DNA of 64,000 bases. It comes from Bacteroidaceae bacterium. Its GTDB lineage: Bacteria > Bacteroidota > Bacteroidia > Bacteroidales > Bacteroidaceae. Where the stretch lies: the NCBI GenBank assembly GCA_017461605.1, contig JAFTXN010000001.1:117371-181370 (forward strand), given 5' to 3'. Under the pieces are notes generated by a model that saw only the letters and a list, made by a program, of their open reading frames with translations, did not search any database and was not told where the DNA came from. Position numbers and translations under genes: made by a program. Positions 10,643-20,569 of this stretch are shown piece after piece; position 1 is the stretch's first letter; every line of letters begins with the position of its first letter.

Positions 10643-10650
10643 TACTTTTG
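10643..10650 (+). promoter_or_regulatory. Bacteroidetes -7 promoter box for surE-lpxB-pyrE
   Basis: TACTTTTG matches TAnnTTTG. Confidence 0.6.
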
Positions 10651-10765
10651 CGCAAAGCCACCAAGGCCTCGGACGAAATTCCGGACAGCCTTCGAGCTAC
10701 TGCGCAAGCACCGCCCAAAAGGCCTGCCGCAGGCGGCAAAATCCCAGAGTGCTTTCTTCGATTTT

Positions 10766-10822
10766 GCGCAAGCACTGTAGAATTTTTTGCAAGCACTGCA
10801 GAAAATTCTACAAGCACTGCAG
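10766..10822. repeat. 21-bp module triplet, type A, orientation F-F-F
   Basis: gcgca-AGCAC-tgtag aatttt ttgca-AGCAC-tgcag aaaatt ctaca-AGCAC-tgcag. Confidence 0.9.
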
Positions 10823-10902
10823 ATTTCTGCGCATCCCGGACCTGTTTTTCCGACAAAAGGAATAACGCTCCCGAAAGCACATCTCACCCACAAGAAAACG
10901 CT

Positions 10903-11670
10903 ATGCAAGAACAAAGACCCTATATCCTCATTTCCAACGACGACGGCTACACCGCCGGTGGCATCAACTACCTCATCGACACACTGATGCCTGTGGCCGA
11001 CCTGCTGGTCGTAGCCCCCGACTCCCCACGTTCGGGAGCCGGCTGTTGCATCACGCCCAACGTGCCCCTCACCTGCAAGCCCATTCATCGCGAGCCGGGA
11101 CTTGAGATCTATGCCTGTTCGGGCACACCTACCGACTGTGTAAAAGTGGCTCTGAACCGCTACATCCGTCGTCGCCCGAACCTGATTATCGGAGGCATCA
11201 ATCACGGCGACAATTCCTCGGTCAATGCCCACTACTCGGGCACCATGGGGGTCGCCACCGAGGGCGCATTGCAGGGCTATCGGTCCATCGCTTTCTCCCT
11301 CTGCGACCACAGTTCGCGGGCCGACTTCACGCCCTTGCACGACTACCTGCTGAAATTCACCCAATACGCGCTCGACAACGAGCTGCCCCCGCTCAGTTGT
11401 CTCAACATCAACTTCCCTCTCCGCGAAAGCTTCGAAGGGGTGCGTGTTTGCCGCATGGCGCACAGCCGATGGCAGAACGAACTGGCTGAACGCGAGCACC
11501 CTTACGGCCGCCCCTACTTCTGGTTGGTGGGCGACTGTGCCGAACTCGAACCCGAAGCCACCGACACCGACCGCTGGGCATTGGCCAACGGCTACGTGGC
11601 AGTGACACCCATCAACCTCGACATCACACACTATGGCCTGCGCGACAGCCTGCGCTTCGAGGATTTCTAA
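10903..11670 (+). CDS. surE: 5'/3'-nucleotidase SurE
   Basis: ILISNDDG, VAPD..RSG, GTPTDCV, GINHGDN, YSGTMG. Confidence 0.95.
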   Translation: MQEQRPYILISNDDGYTAGGINYLIDTLMPVADLLVVAPDSPRSGAGCCITPNVPLTCKPIHREPGLEIYACSGTPTDCVKVALNRYIRRRPNLIIGGINHGDNSSVNAHYSGTMGVATEGALQGYRSIAFSLCDHSSRADFTPLHDYLLKFTQYALDNELPPLSCLNINFPLRESFEGVRVCRMAHSRWQNELAEREHPYGRPYFWLVGDCAELEPEATDTDRWALANGYVAVTPINLDITHYGLRDSLRFEDF

Positions 11671-11753
11671 CGTTCCGACAATGCGCTGATGCAGCACTGC
11701 AGACACAACTCATTTTTCTAACAACCAAAACCATTCATCCACAACGGGTCAGC

Positions 11754-12920
11754 ATGAAGTACTTCCTTATCGTCGGCGAAGCCAGCGGCGACCTGCATGC
11801 CGCTCACCTCATGGCGGCCATCCGCCGTCAGGACCCCGAGGCCTCATTCCGCTTCTACGGAGGCGACCACATGAGTGCCGTGGGTGGAATACGCTTGCGC
11901 CACTATCGCCACTTGGCCTACATGGGTTTCATCCCCGTGCTGCTGCATCTGCCCCAAATCCTGAAAGGCATGGCACGCTGCAAACGCGACATAGAAGCTT
12001 GGCAGCCGGATGCCGTGGTGCTGGTGGACTATCCGGGCTTCAACCTGAACATCGCCCGATACGTCAGCGAAAAAGGCATCTGCCCCGTATACTATTACAT
12101 ATCGCCGAAGATTTGGGCCTGGAAGGAGCACCGCATCCACAGCATACGACGCTACGTGACGCGCCTCTATTCCATACTTCCCTTTGAAGTGGACTTCTTC
12201 GAGCGGAAGCACGGCTACAAAATCTGCTATGTGGGCAATCCCACCGTGGATGAGGTGGCCGCATTCCGCAAGAGCCACAGCGAAAGCCGTGAAACCTTTG
12301 CCCAAACTGCCGGCATCGACCCCGAACGCCCCATCATCGCGTTGCTGGCCGGCAGCCGCAAGCAGGAAATCAAGGACAACCTGCTCCGCATGTGCCGCGC
12401 CGCAGCCCCATTTGCCGAGAAGGGCTACCAACTGGTGTTGGCCGGTGCACCCTCCATTGCACGCAGCCACTACGAAGACATGTTGGCCCGCCTGCCAGAC
12501 GATGTGCCCCCTCCCACCCTCGTGGAGGGCATGACCTATCGGCTCTTGTCACATGCCGAAGCTGCACTCGTGACGAGCGGAACTGCAACACTGGAGACAG
12601 CACTCTTCGGCGTGCCACAGGTGGTTTGCTACTACACAGCCTGCGGCCGCCTGGTGTCTTGGCTGCGCCGCCGACTGCTCAAGGTGCGATACATCAGCCT
12701 TGTCAATCTGGTGTGCGACGCTCCCGTTGTTCCCGAACTGGTGGCCGACGGCATGACAGTACCTGCCGTGCGCTCCGCATTGGGCGGCATTCTGCAGGGA
12801 GGCACAGAGCGCGAAGCCATGCTCGACGGATATCGTCTGATGGAGCAGCGGCTGGGCGCTCCCGGCGCTCCCGAACGGGCGGCCACCGACCTGGTGCAAC
12901 ACCTCCGCAGCAAGCAGTAA
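11754..12920 (+). CDS. lpxB: Lipid-A-disaccharide synthase
   Basis: GEASGDLH, DYPGFNL, YISPKIWAW, LAGSRKQE, SGTATLE. Confidence 0.96.
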   Translation: MKYFLIVGEASGDLHAAHLMAAIRRQDPEASFRFYGGDHMSAVGGIRLRHYRHLAYMGFIPVLLHLPQILKGMARCKRDIEAWQPDAVVLVDYPGFNLNIARYVSEKGICPVYYYISPKIWAWKEHRIHSIRRYVTRLYSILPFEVDFFERKHGYKICYVGNPTVDEVAAFRKSHSESRETFAQTAGIDPERPIIALLAGSRKQEIKDNLLRMCRAAAPFAEKGYQLVLAGAPSIARSHYEDMLARLPDDVPPPTLVEGMTYRLLSHAEAALVTSGTATLETALFGVPQVVCYYTACGRLVSWLRRRLLKVRYISLVNLVCDAPVVPELVADGMTVPAVRSALGGILQGGTEREAMLDGYRLMEQRLGAPGAPERAATDLVQHLRSKQ

Positions 12921-12966
12921 TCACCAAACACATTCCCGACAAAATCAACTACCTAATAATAACATC

Positions 12967-13596
12967 ATGAACACACTCGAAAAGATTTTCGCAGCCAAGC
13001 TGCTGAACGTAAAAGCCATCAAGTTGCAACCCGAAGCACCCTTCACTTGGGCCAGCGGCTGGAAGTCGCCTTTCTATTGCGACAACCGCAAGACACTCGC
13101 CTTCCCCGGACTGCGAGGCTTCGTGAAGCTCGAACTGAGCCGCATCATCGCTGAGAAATATCCCGAGGCCGAGGCCGTGGCCGGTGTGGCTACCGGCGCC
13201 ATCGCACAGGGCGCACTCGTAGCCGAGGAACTGGGACTTCCGTTTGCCTATGTTCGTTCCAAGGCAAAGGACCACGGAATGACCAACCTCATCGAAGGCG
13301 ATTTGCAACCCGGCATGAAAGTCGTTGTGGTGGAAGACCTGATTTCCACAGGCGGCAGCAGCCTTAAGGCCGTCGAGGCCCTGCGTGCTCACGGTTGCGA
13401 GGTAATCGGCATGGTAGCCAGCTACACTTACGGCTTCCCCGTGGCCGAAGAGGCCTTTGCCGCTGCCAAGGTGGAACTCACCACGCTGACCAACTACGAA
13501 GCCGTGGTGGAAGTGGCGCTCAGCACCGGCTACATCAAGGAAGAGCACGTGCCCATGTTGGCAGAGTGGCGCAAAGATCCTGCCCACTGGGGATAA
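12967..13596 (+). CDS. pyrE: Orotate phosphoribosyltransferase
   Basis: FTWASGWKSPFYCDNR and the PRPP-binding motif VVEDLISTGGS. Confidence 0.96.
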   Translation: MNTLEKIFAAKLLNVKAIKLQPEAPFTWASGWKSPFYCDNRKTLAFPGLRGFVKLELSRIIAEKYPEAEAVAGVATGAIAQGALVAEELGLPFAYVRSKAKDHGMTNLIEGDLQPGMKVVVVEDLISTGGSSLKAVEALRAHGCEVIGMVASYTYGFPVAEEAFAAAKVELTTLTNYEAVVEVALSTGYIKEEHVPMLAEWRKDPAHWG

Positions 13597-13635
13597 TATC
13601 CTGAAAGCACGATTTGCCCCAATCGACACACTCCG

Positions 13636-13676
13636 AAAGCCTTCCCATCGCACCCCGATGCGGTGGGGAGGCTTTT
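13636..13676 (+). terminator. Probable terminator after pyrE
   Basis: AAAGCCTTCCCATCGCA...TGCGGTGGGGAGGCTTTT hairpin. Confidence 0.65.
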
Positions 13677-13724
13677 CCGCTTTTCCTCACCCCATCCTTT
13701 TCACACAACCTCTCACACACTGAC

Positions 13725-16217
13725 ATGTCCACCCCGCTCCCCACATTTGCTGACGTATTGCTGCCCTTGGCCATACCGGAACCGCTCACTTACAGTCTGC
13801 CGGCGCCGATGGCTGCCGAGGTGGCAGTGGGCAGCCGTGTGGTGGTGCCATTGGGCCGGCGCAAGCAGTATGCAGGTCTGGTGGTCAGACTGCACAACGA
13901 GGCGCCCGAAGGTGGTTACGAGGTACGCCCGGTGGCCGAAGTGGTGGACACATCCCCCTTGCTCCTGCCGGAACAGTGGAAACTCTGGAAGTGGATTTCT
14001 TCCTATTATATATGTACTCCCGGCGAAGTGATGAAGGCAGCGCTGCCGGCCGGGCTGAAACTCGAGAGCGAGATGCACGTGGCCCCGGCTCCCGACTTCG
14101 ACACCGCCACCCCACTGACCAAGGCCGAGCAAACCCTGTTCGACTTGCTGCCCTCCGACGGCGACATCGGGGTGGACGAATTGCAGCGCAAAGCCGGCAT
14201 CGGCAACACGCTGCGCACCATCCGTGCCTTGTTGGAAAAGGGGGCCATCATTGTGAAAGAGCACATCGAGCGCTCCTTCCGCCCTCGCACCGAACAGCAC
14301 GTGCGGCTCACAGAGACTTATTTCGATGAAGAAAAGCTCAACACGCTTTTTGCAGATCTGAAACGCGCTCCCCGACAAGCCGAAATGCTGGTGCAATATC
14401 TCGACTTGGCATCGGCAGCCACCGCCCTGCGACTCTGCAACATCCGCCTGCTGGCCGAAGTGTCGCAGAGGCAGCTCACACAGTCGGGAGGCTCTTCTGC
14501 CGCGCTCTCCGCCCTGGTGAAGCGCGGCGTGCTGGAGTGTTATGCCTTCGAAGTGGCACGGCTGCGCCCACGACAGGCCGACCCGATTTTGCAACAGCAC
14601 ACACTCAATCCGGCTCAACAACAGGCGCAGACAGAGATACAGACCTCACTGCGCGAGAAAGACGTTTGTCTGCTGCACGGTGTTACGTCGAGCGGCAAGA
14701 CCGAGGTCTACATTCACCTCATCCAAGAAGCATTGTCGCGCGGCGAGCACGTGCTTTTCCTCGTGCCGGAGATAGCGCTCACCACCCAACTCACCACCCG
14801 TCTGGGCCGCGTCTTCGGCGACAAGATGGGAGTTTATCACAGCAAGTTCCCCGATGCCGAGCGCGTGGAAATCTATCGCCGACAACTCACCCCCGATGCC
14901 TATCCGCTCATGCTCGGTGTACGCTCGTCGCTATTGCTTCCGCACAGCCGGCTCGGCCTCATCATCGTGGACGAAGAGCACGAAGCCTCCTACAAACAGC
15001 AGGAACCGGCCCCGCGATACAACGCTCGCGATGCCGCCATGATGTTGGCACGATTCCATGGTGCAAAGGTGCTGCTCGGCACGGCCACCCCAAGCATCGA
15101 GACCTATCACAACGCGCGCTGCGGCAAGTTCGGGCTGGTGCAACTGCACTCCCGCCACGGCGACGTGCAACTGCCGGAAATCTTCGTAGAGGATGTGAAA
15201 GAACTGAGGCGAAAGAAATTGATGAAAACGCCTTTCTCACCACGCCTCACCCAAGAGATACGAACAGCGCTGCGCGAGGGCGGACAGGCCATCCTGTTTC
15301 TCAATCGTCGGGGATATGCCCCGATGCTCGAATGCCGCACCTGCGGATGGACACCGCGCTGCACCAAGTGCGACGTGAGCCTCACCTATCATCACCGCCT
15401 GAACCGGATGGTGTGCCACTACTGCGGCGAGACCTACGACATGCCGACACGATGTCCGGCCTGCGAAGAGACGCATCTCAGAGACATCGGCTACGGCACG
15501 GAGAAGATTGAAGCCGCCGTCGAAGCCTGTTTTCCCGAAGCCCGCATCGCACGCATGGACCTCGACACCACACGCTCGCGCTCGGCCTACGAACGCATCA
15601 TCGCCGACTTCCAAAGCGGACAGACCAACCTGCTCATCGGCACACAGATGATTACCAAGGGACTCGACTTCGACCGCGTGCGGGTGGTCGGAGTGCTCAA
15701 TGCCGATCAACTGCTCAACAAACCCGACTTCAGAGCCTCGGAGCGAGCCTTTCAGATGCTCACGCAAGTGGCCGGACGCGCCGGACGCCGCGGACGCCGT
15801 GGCATCGTGGTTCTTCAGACACGCCAGCCCGAATTTCCGGTCATCACGCAGGTGGTCAACAGCGACTATCGCGGCATGTTCGATGACCAGCTGGAGGAAC
15901 GCGAGATGTTTCGCTACCCTCCTTTCTGTCGAATAATAGAAATCCACCTGCGACACCGCGACGAGGCCACTGTGGAACAAGCTGCCCGGAGGCTGGCCGC
16001 CCTGCTCTCCCCCCACTTCCCCAACTCTCTGCTCGGGCCCGATCGCCCCGCCGTGGGACGCGTCCAACTGCGACACCTGCGCAAAATCATCATCAAGGTG
16101 ATGCCGCAACTCCCCACCGCAGGCGTGCGCCGCACCTTGCTGGCTGCGCGCGCTGCCCTGCTGTCAGAACCAAAGATGAAGAGCCTGGACGTCTTCTTCG
16201 ATGCCGACCCCGTATAA
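13725..16217 (+). CDS. priA: Primosomal protein N'
   Basis: LHGVTSSGKTEVY, VPEIALT, DEEHE, Cys-rich CxxC clusters, GTQMITKGLDF, QVAGRAGR. Confidence 0.96.
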   Translation: MSTPLPTFADVLLPLAIPEPLTYSLPAPMAAEVAVGSRVVVPLGRRKQYAGLVVRLHNEAPEGGYEVRPVAEVVDTSPLLLPEQWKLWKWISSYYICTPGEVMKAALPAGLKLESEMHVAPAPDFDTATPLTKAEQTLFDLLPSDGDIGVDELQRKAGIGNTLRTIRALLEKGAIIVKEHIERSFRPRTEQHVRLTETYFDEEKLNTLFADLKRAPRQAEMLVQYLDLASAATALRLCNIRLLAEVSQRQLTQSGGSSAALSALVKRGVLECYAFEVARLRPRQADPILQQHTLNPAQQQAQTEIQTSLREKDVCLLHGVTSSGKTEVYIHLIQEALSRGEHVLFLVPEIALTTQLTTRLGRVFGDKMGVYHSKFPDAERVEIYRRQLTPDAYPLMLGVRSSLLLPHSRLGLIIVDEEHEASYKQQEPAPRYNARDAAMMLARFHGAKVLLGTATPSIETYHNARCGKFGLVQLHSRHGDVQLPEIFVEDVKELRRKKLMKTPFSPRLTQEIRTALREGGQAILFLNRRGYAPMLECRTCGWTPRCTKCDVSLTYHHRLNRMVCHYCGETYDMPTRCPACEETHLRDIGYGTEKIEAAVEACFPEARIARMDLDTTRSRSAYERIIADFQSGQTNLLIGTQMITKGLDFDRVRVVGVLNADQLLNKPDFRASERAFQMLTQVAGRAGRRGRRGIVVLQTRQPEFPVITQVVNSDYRGMFDDQLEEREMFRYPPFCRIIEIHLRHRDEATVEQAARRLAALLSPHFPNSLLGPDRPAVGRVQLRHLRKIIIKVMPQLPTAGVRRTLLAARAALLSEPKMKSLDVFFDADPV

Positions 16218-16282
16218 GCACCTGCCGGCCTGCATCTTCACAGGCAGAAATCAAGAAAACACCTACCGCATACCGAACATAA

Positions 16283-16465
16283 GTGCCGTGCTTCCAAAGT
16301 GATGCCGCGGCACTTTATTTTTGTCCACAGTGCTCAAAAAGAATATCTCATGCCTTGCAATAAATATCTCATGCCTTGCAATATATATATCAAGGCATGA
16401 GATATACTTTGTGAGCACTCCGGAGAAGTTTTGAAGCACCCTTGAAAAGTTTGCAATGCTTCCCC
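16283..16465. repeat. Nine in-phase 21-bp modules (three triplets of different sequence types)
   Basis: Cores at 16288 GTGCT, 16309 GGCAC, 16330 GTGCT, 16351 TGCCT, 16372 TGCCT, 16393 AGGCA, 16414 AGCAC, 16435 AGCAC, 16456 ATGCT. Confidence 0.8.
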
Positions 16466-16557
16466 GTTTCTTCACAAGCCATCTCTGCGAACAGAAGGCC
16501 GCACCGCGCTTTTGTCCATGCGTTTCACACTTTTTTACTCCGAAAGCCAAGTCTTGT

Positions 16558-16588
16558 TTTGCCTATCCCACATTTTGCCGTAACTTTG
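16558..16588 (+). promoter_or_regulatory. Bacteroidetes sigma-A promoter of glyQS
   Basis: TTTG-N19-TAACTTTG. Confidence 0.75.
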
Positions 16589-16619
16589 AAGCCGCAAAAC
16601 AATAACACATTATAATATT

Positions 16620-18161
16620 ATGGCTCAAGAAGACGTTTTCAAGAAGATTGTTTCCCATTGCAAAGAATACGGTTTCGTATTTCCCAGTAGCGACATCTAC
16701 GACGGTCTCGGCGCTGTGTACGATTACGGACAGAATGGCGTGGAACTCAAGAACAACATCAAACAATACTGGTGGCAGTCCATGGTGCTCCTCCACGACA
16801 ACATCGTTGGTCTGGACAGCGCCGTGTTCATGCATCCCACCGTGTGGAAAGCCTCGGGCCACGTTGACGCATTCAACGACCCACTCATCGACAACCGCGA
16901 CTCGAAGAAGCGTTACCGCGCCGACGTTCTCATTGAGGACCAAATAGGCAAGTACGAAGAGAAAATCGAGAAGGAAATCGCCAAAGCACGCAAGCGTTTC
17001 GGCGAAGCCTTTGACGAAGCTCAGTTCCGCAGCACCAATCCCCGTGTGCTCGAAAACGAGGCCAAGAAAACCGCGCTGCACGAGCGCTTCGCAAAGGCCA
17101 TGGGCGCAATGGACTTGGCAGAACTCAAACAAATCATTCTGGACGAAGAAATCGCCTGCCCCATCAGCGGAACCCGCAACTGGACAGACGTGCGTCAGTT
17201 TAACCTGATGTTCAAGACCGAGGTAGGCTCCACCGCAGACGGTGCATCCACCATCTACCTGCGCCCCGAAACTGCGCAAGGCATCTTCGTAAACTACCTC
17301 AACGTGCAGAAAACCGGCCGCATGAAGCTCCCGTTCGGCATCGCCCAAATCGGAAAAGCCTTCCGCAACGAAATCGTGGCCCGACAGTTCATCTTCCGCA
17401 TGCGAGAGTTCGAGCAGATGGAAATGCAGTACTTCGTGAAACCCGGCACCGAACTTCAGTGGTTCGAACAGTGGAAGCAGACACGCATGGCATGGCACCA
17501 GGCTCTCGGCTTCGGCGCGGAGAACTACCGCTTCCACGACCACGAGAAGCTGGCGCACTACGCCAACGCTGCCAGCGACGTGGAGTTCCGCATGCCCTTC
17601 GGTTTCAAAGAGGTGGAAGGCATCCACAGCCGTACGAACTTCGACCTGTCGCAACACGCCAAGTATTCCGGACGCAAGATAGAGTACTTCGACCCCGACA
17701 CCAACGAGAGCTACACTCCCTACGTCATTGAGACAAGTATCGGTGTGGACCGCATGTTCCTCAGCGTGCTGTGCCACGCTTACCAGGAGGAGAAGCTGGA
17801 AGGCGGCGACACTCGCGTGGTTCTGAAACTGCCTGCCGCACTCGCCCCCACCAAACTCGCCATCATGCCTCTGGTGAAGAAAGACGGACTCCCCGAGAAG
17901 GCACGCGAGATCATGGACGAACTGAAATTCCACTTCAATTGCAAATACGACGAGAAGGACTCCATCGGAAAGCGCTACCGCCGTCAGGATGCTGTGGGCA
18001 CACCCTTCTGCATCACCATCGACCACGACACGCTCACCGACGGCTGCGTGACACTCCGCGACCGCGACACCATGCAGCAGGAGCGCATCCCCGTAAGCGA
18101 ACTCCGCACCCGTCTGGAAGACAAAGTCAGCATCACTTCTCTCCTGAAGAAGCTCTGTTAA
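16620..18161 (+). CDS. glyQS: Glycine--tRNA ligase (alpha2 type)
   Basis: YLRPETAQGIF, GKAFRNEI, FRMREFEQME, SIGKRYRRQD. Confidence 0.96.
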   Translation: MAQEDVFKKIVSHCKEYGFVFPSSDIYDGLGAVYDYGQNGVELKNNIKQYWWQSMVLLHDNIVGLDSAVFMHPTVWKASGHVDAFNDPLIDNRDSKKRYRADVLIEDQIGKYEEKIEKEIAKARKRFGEAFDEAQFRSTNPRVLENEAKKTALHERFAKAMGAMDLAELKQIILDEEIACPISGTRNWTDVRQFNLMFKTEVGSTADGASTIYLRPETAQGIFVNYLNVQKTGRMKLPFGIAQIGKAFRNEIVARQFIFRMREFEQMEMQYFVKPGTELQWFEQWKQTRMAWHQALGFGAENYRFHDHEKLAHYANAASDVEFRMPFGFKEVEGIHSRTNFDLSQHAKYSGRKIEYFDPDTNESYTPYVIETSIGVDRMFLSVLCHAYQEEKLEGGDTRVVLKLPAALAPTKLAIMPLVKKDGLPEKAREIMDELKFHFNCKYDEKDSIGKRYRRQDAVGTPFCITIDHDTLTDGCVTLRDRDTMQQERIPVSELRTRLEDKVSITSLLKKLC

Positions 18162-18173
18162 TCCACTTTCGGT

Positions 18174-18830
18174 ATGAAAAATCCCCTATTGCTCTTGTCG
18201 CTCCTCATCATGAGCTTCGGCCTCTTCACAGCCTGTGAAGAATACGAGGAGACCGACCCCGAATACGACAACTGGCAGGCACGCAACGCTGCCTACTTTG
18301 CGCAACAACTCACAGCGGCAAAAGCGGCCATCGCCCAAGCACAAGCCACTTACGGCGAAGCCTGGGAGGAGCATTGTCCGTGGCGTGTGTTCCGCAACTA
18401 CTCGCCGACACCAAATCCCGACGTGGCGCTGAAATCCACCGACAGCATTTGCGTGAAAATCGTGGAGCATAGCGGAAACGTGCAAGTGCCTATCGCCACC
18501 GACTCCGTGCGAGTGAACTTTCTCGGCCGGCTCATGCCGAAACTCAATGGCGAGGACGGAAACATCTTCTCCCACTCCGGTGTGAGCAATCGTCCCGAGG
18601 ACATTTTCTCCGAAGCCCTCGGCGCACCCGCCAAGTTCGCAGTGACAGGCACGGTGCCCGGTTTCGCCACTGCGCTGCAACACATGCCGCTCGGCGACCG
18701 CTGGCTCATCATCATCCCCCAAGAGTTGGGATACAAGGCACAATCCATCGACAAGTGCCCCGCCTATTCCACACTCATCTATGAGGTGCAGCTCAAGAGC
18801 ATACACCCTGTGGGAACGAGCGTGGAGTAA
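18174..18830 (+). CDS. FKBP-type PPIase lipoprotein
   Basis: Lipobox FTAC; VPGFATALQHM..GDRW.IIIP.ELGY and PAYSTLIYEVQL. Confidence 0.88.
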   Translation: MKNPLLLLSLLIMSFGLFTACEEYEETDPEYDNWQARNAAYFAQQLTAAKAAIAQAQATYGEAWEEHCPWRVFRNYSPTPNPDVALKSTDSICVKIVEHSGNVQVPIATDSVRVNFLGRLMPKLNGEDGNIFSHSGVSNRPEDIFSEALGAPAKFAVTGTVPGFATALQHMPLGDRWLIIIPQELGYKAQSIDKCPAYSTLIYEVQLKSIHPVGTSVE

Positions 18831-18863
18831 GAAAAAGTAAACGCCTATACATATAATAATATA

Positions 18864-18905
18864 AAGACACCGACAAGGCTAATCAACAGCCCTTGTCGGT
18901 GTCTT
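18864..18905. terminator. Terminator hairpin between convergent genes
   Basis: AAGACACCGACAAGG / CCTTGTCGGTGTCTT, 15-bp stem. Confidence 0.75.
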
Positions 18906-19069
18906 AAGATTTAATCCCCGCTTTCATGCAAAAGCTACGATAAATATTATATTGCTCAAAGTTTTTTATCCACATAGTTCCTTAAAGACATCTTGTTTCA
19001 CATAATAAAGAAAGCAGAGCTCATTTTTATTTGAACTCTGCGAATACTATTTGTTTGTTGTTTTATTAT

Positions 19070-19516
19070 TTACTTAAAAGACTTCTTGCCTCCGTATCTC
19101 TTATATTCAGAATCTATCAATGGATAGTACATCGTGCTTCCATCAAAAGCAAAAAGATACACAAGATGTTCTGCGTAATCAACATAGTTTCTACCCTTAA
19201 GAGGATATTCAAAAGATAAATGTACATAATCCTTTGAATCGTATATGTGGATATTACAATCTTTGTCTGGAGATTTTTGCATTTTGATGCATTCTGCCAA
19301 TTCTTTAAGACTTGCCTCATTAAAATTTTCCCATAAGAGAAGAACATAATAATTGGTCAAGTCTGACATTTCCTTACAATACAGAATTTCATAATCTTTA
19401 TTTTCTTCATATTGAAAAGAAACCGTTTCCTTCTCTTTTGCAATATCCTTATTTCCACCATCGCAACTTAGGAGTGCGAACTGCGCAAATAAAAAAATCA
19501 AAACATTTCTCATCAT
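19070..19516 (-). CDS. Hypothetical lipoprotein (AT-rich islet)
   Basis: MMRNVLIFLFAQFALLSC lipobox; AT-rich codons. Confidence 0.7.
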   Translation of the reverse strand: MMRNVLIFLFAQFALLSCDGGNKDIAKEKETVSFQYEENKDYEILYCKEMSDLTNYYVLLLWENFNEASLKELAECIKMQKSPDKDCNIHIYDSKDYVHLSFEYPLKGRNYVDYAEHLVYLFAFDGSTMYYPLIDSEYKRYGGKKSFK

Positions 19517-19542
19517 CTGACTCTTTCTTTTACATTTTGTTT

Positions 19543-20220
19543 CTACCATTCTAAAGGCTCATCCACCCAGAATTTGAATAGAGGATTACCGCTTTTATAT
19601 ATAGGAATCTCTATCTTTATTTCTTTCGCGCTCTTGCATTTATCTATAAAATCCTTAGGTTTTCTTAAATACACAGTTTCAGTACTCATGTCTGCAGATT
19701 CATTGAAATAGTATTTTTGGGGAGCAGCAGCATCAAAACGTACAGTAACATAATTGGTTCCTTCGTATTCATTCCCTATGATTTGTCCTTGTGTAATATT
19801 AATTATTACATCTGTCCCATACTTTTTCATATAACGAACAGTAATTTGAGCATGCGTCTCTCCTTGATATGGAAAATCTTGGTTTATATAATTATGACTT
19901 ACTATGGCTGCCCATTTACTAACAGCGTCAGTCATTTCATCTACTTTCTCTTTATAACTCCATGTAATCTTTTTTTCTTCTTGAGTTGTACCTAATTCTA
20001 CTTTTAGAGAGTCTGCCGATTTAGATGCAGTCTCAGTCTTATCTCCACCAAATATTATCCCAAAAAGTAACAAAAATGCGACGAACGCACAAACAGATAT
20101 CATCAACATCTTCAAACAGCCGTTCTTCTTTTTTTGAGGAGACTGTCCATTCATCGAAAAATGTTTTGCATCTGAATTAAACTGCTGTGGAGTTTGGGGA
20201 GGTTGTTGTGTGGTTTGCAT
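19543..20220 (-). CDS. Hypothetical single-pass membrane protein (AT-rich islet)
   Basis: Q/P-rich N-terminus, KKKNGCLK then a TM helix, then a soluble domain WSY..KVDEM...FPYQG. Start uncertain. Confidence 0.75.
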   Translation of the reverse strand: MQTTQQPPQTPQQFNSDAKHFSMNGQSPQKKKNGCLKMLMISVCAFVAFLLLFGIIFGGDKTETASKSADSLKVELGTTQEEKKITWSYKEKVDEMTDAVSKWAAIVSHNYINQDFPYQGETHAQITVRYMKKYGTDVIINITQGQIIGNEYEGTNYVTVRFDAAAPQKYYFNESADMSTETVYLRKPKDFIDKCKSAKEIKIEIPIYKSGNPLFKFWVDEPLEW

Positions 20221-20569
20221 AAGTTTGTGTTTTTTATTTAACAAATAAGACAGAGACACGCAAGAATCAACGTGTCATGTAAATCAGCGCAAAGAAAAAA
20301 AAAAAACAGCTGACAAAATTTTAGGAAGTTTTTCTATTCGTTCTTACAACGAAAAAAGCGTTGAATAAAGGATACTTGGTTGGAGGGAGAGCAGTTTCAT
20401 TTTTTCTACTACAACACATAAGATCCCTAAGTTTCCTTTCAAAGAAGCAGACGAGGCATTATATATTTCATCTCTCTTAATCCCTATGTGTACTAGCATT
20501 TTTCTAATTTGTCCATCGCACTTACATTTTTCTGCACTAAGCATTAAAAAACAAGAGATTGAAATACGT

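Noticed and set aside
10648-10902. N-terminal extensions and small ORFs with 7-aa repeats (STAENST, KKWQGLP, IARHEIF) on surE, parA, leuS and others
   Set aside because: These are translations of the 21-bp intergenic modules; conserved protein starts and promoter boxes lie downstream.
11690-11702. Single TGCAGCACTGCAG resembling a type A module
   Set aside because: Core is one base short, with no A/T linkers and no neighbouring modules.
16283-16465. CRISPR array interpretation of the periodic repeats (also 1443-1533 and 60650-60909)
   Set aside because: No constant repeat alternating with unique 30-40 bp spacers, mixed orientations, and no cas genes.
18993-19008. parS-like TGTTTCAC half sites (also near 61204)
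   Set aside because: The second half of the TGTTTCACGTGAAACA palindrome is missing.
20344-20544. 66-aa ORF in the AT-rich islet
   Set aside because: Short, no motif, and no support beyond being open.
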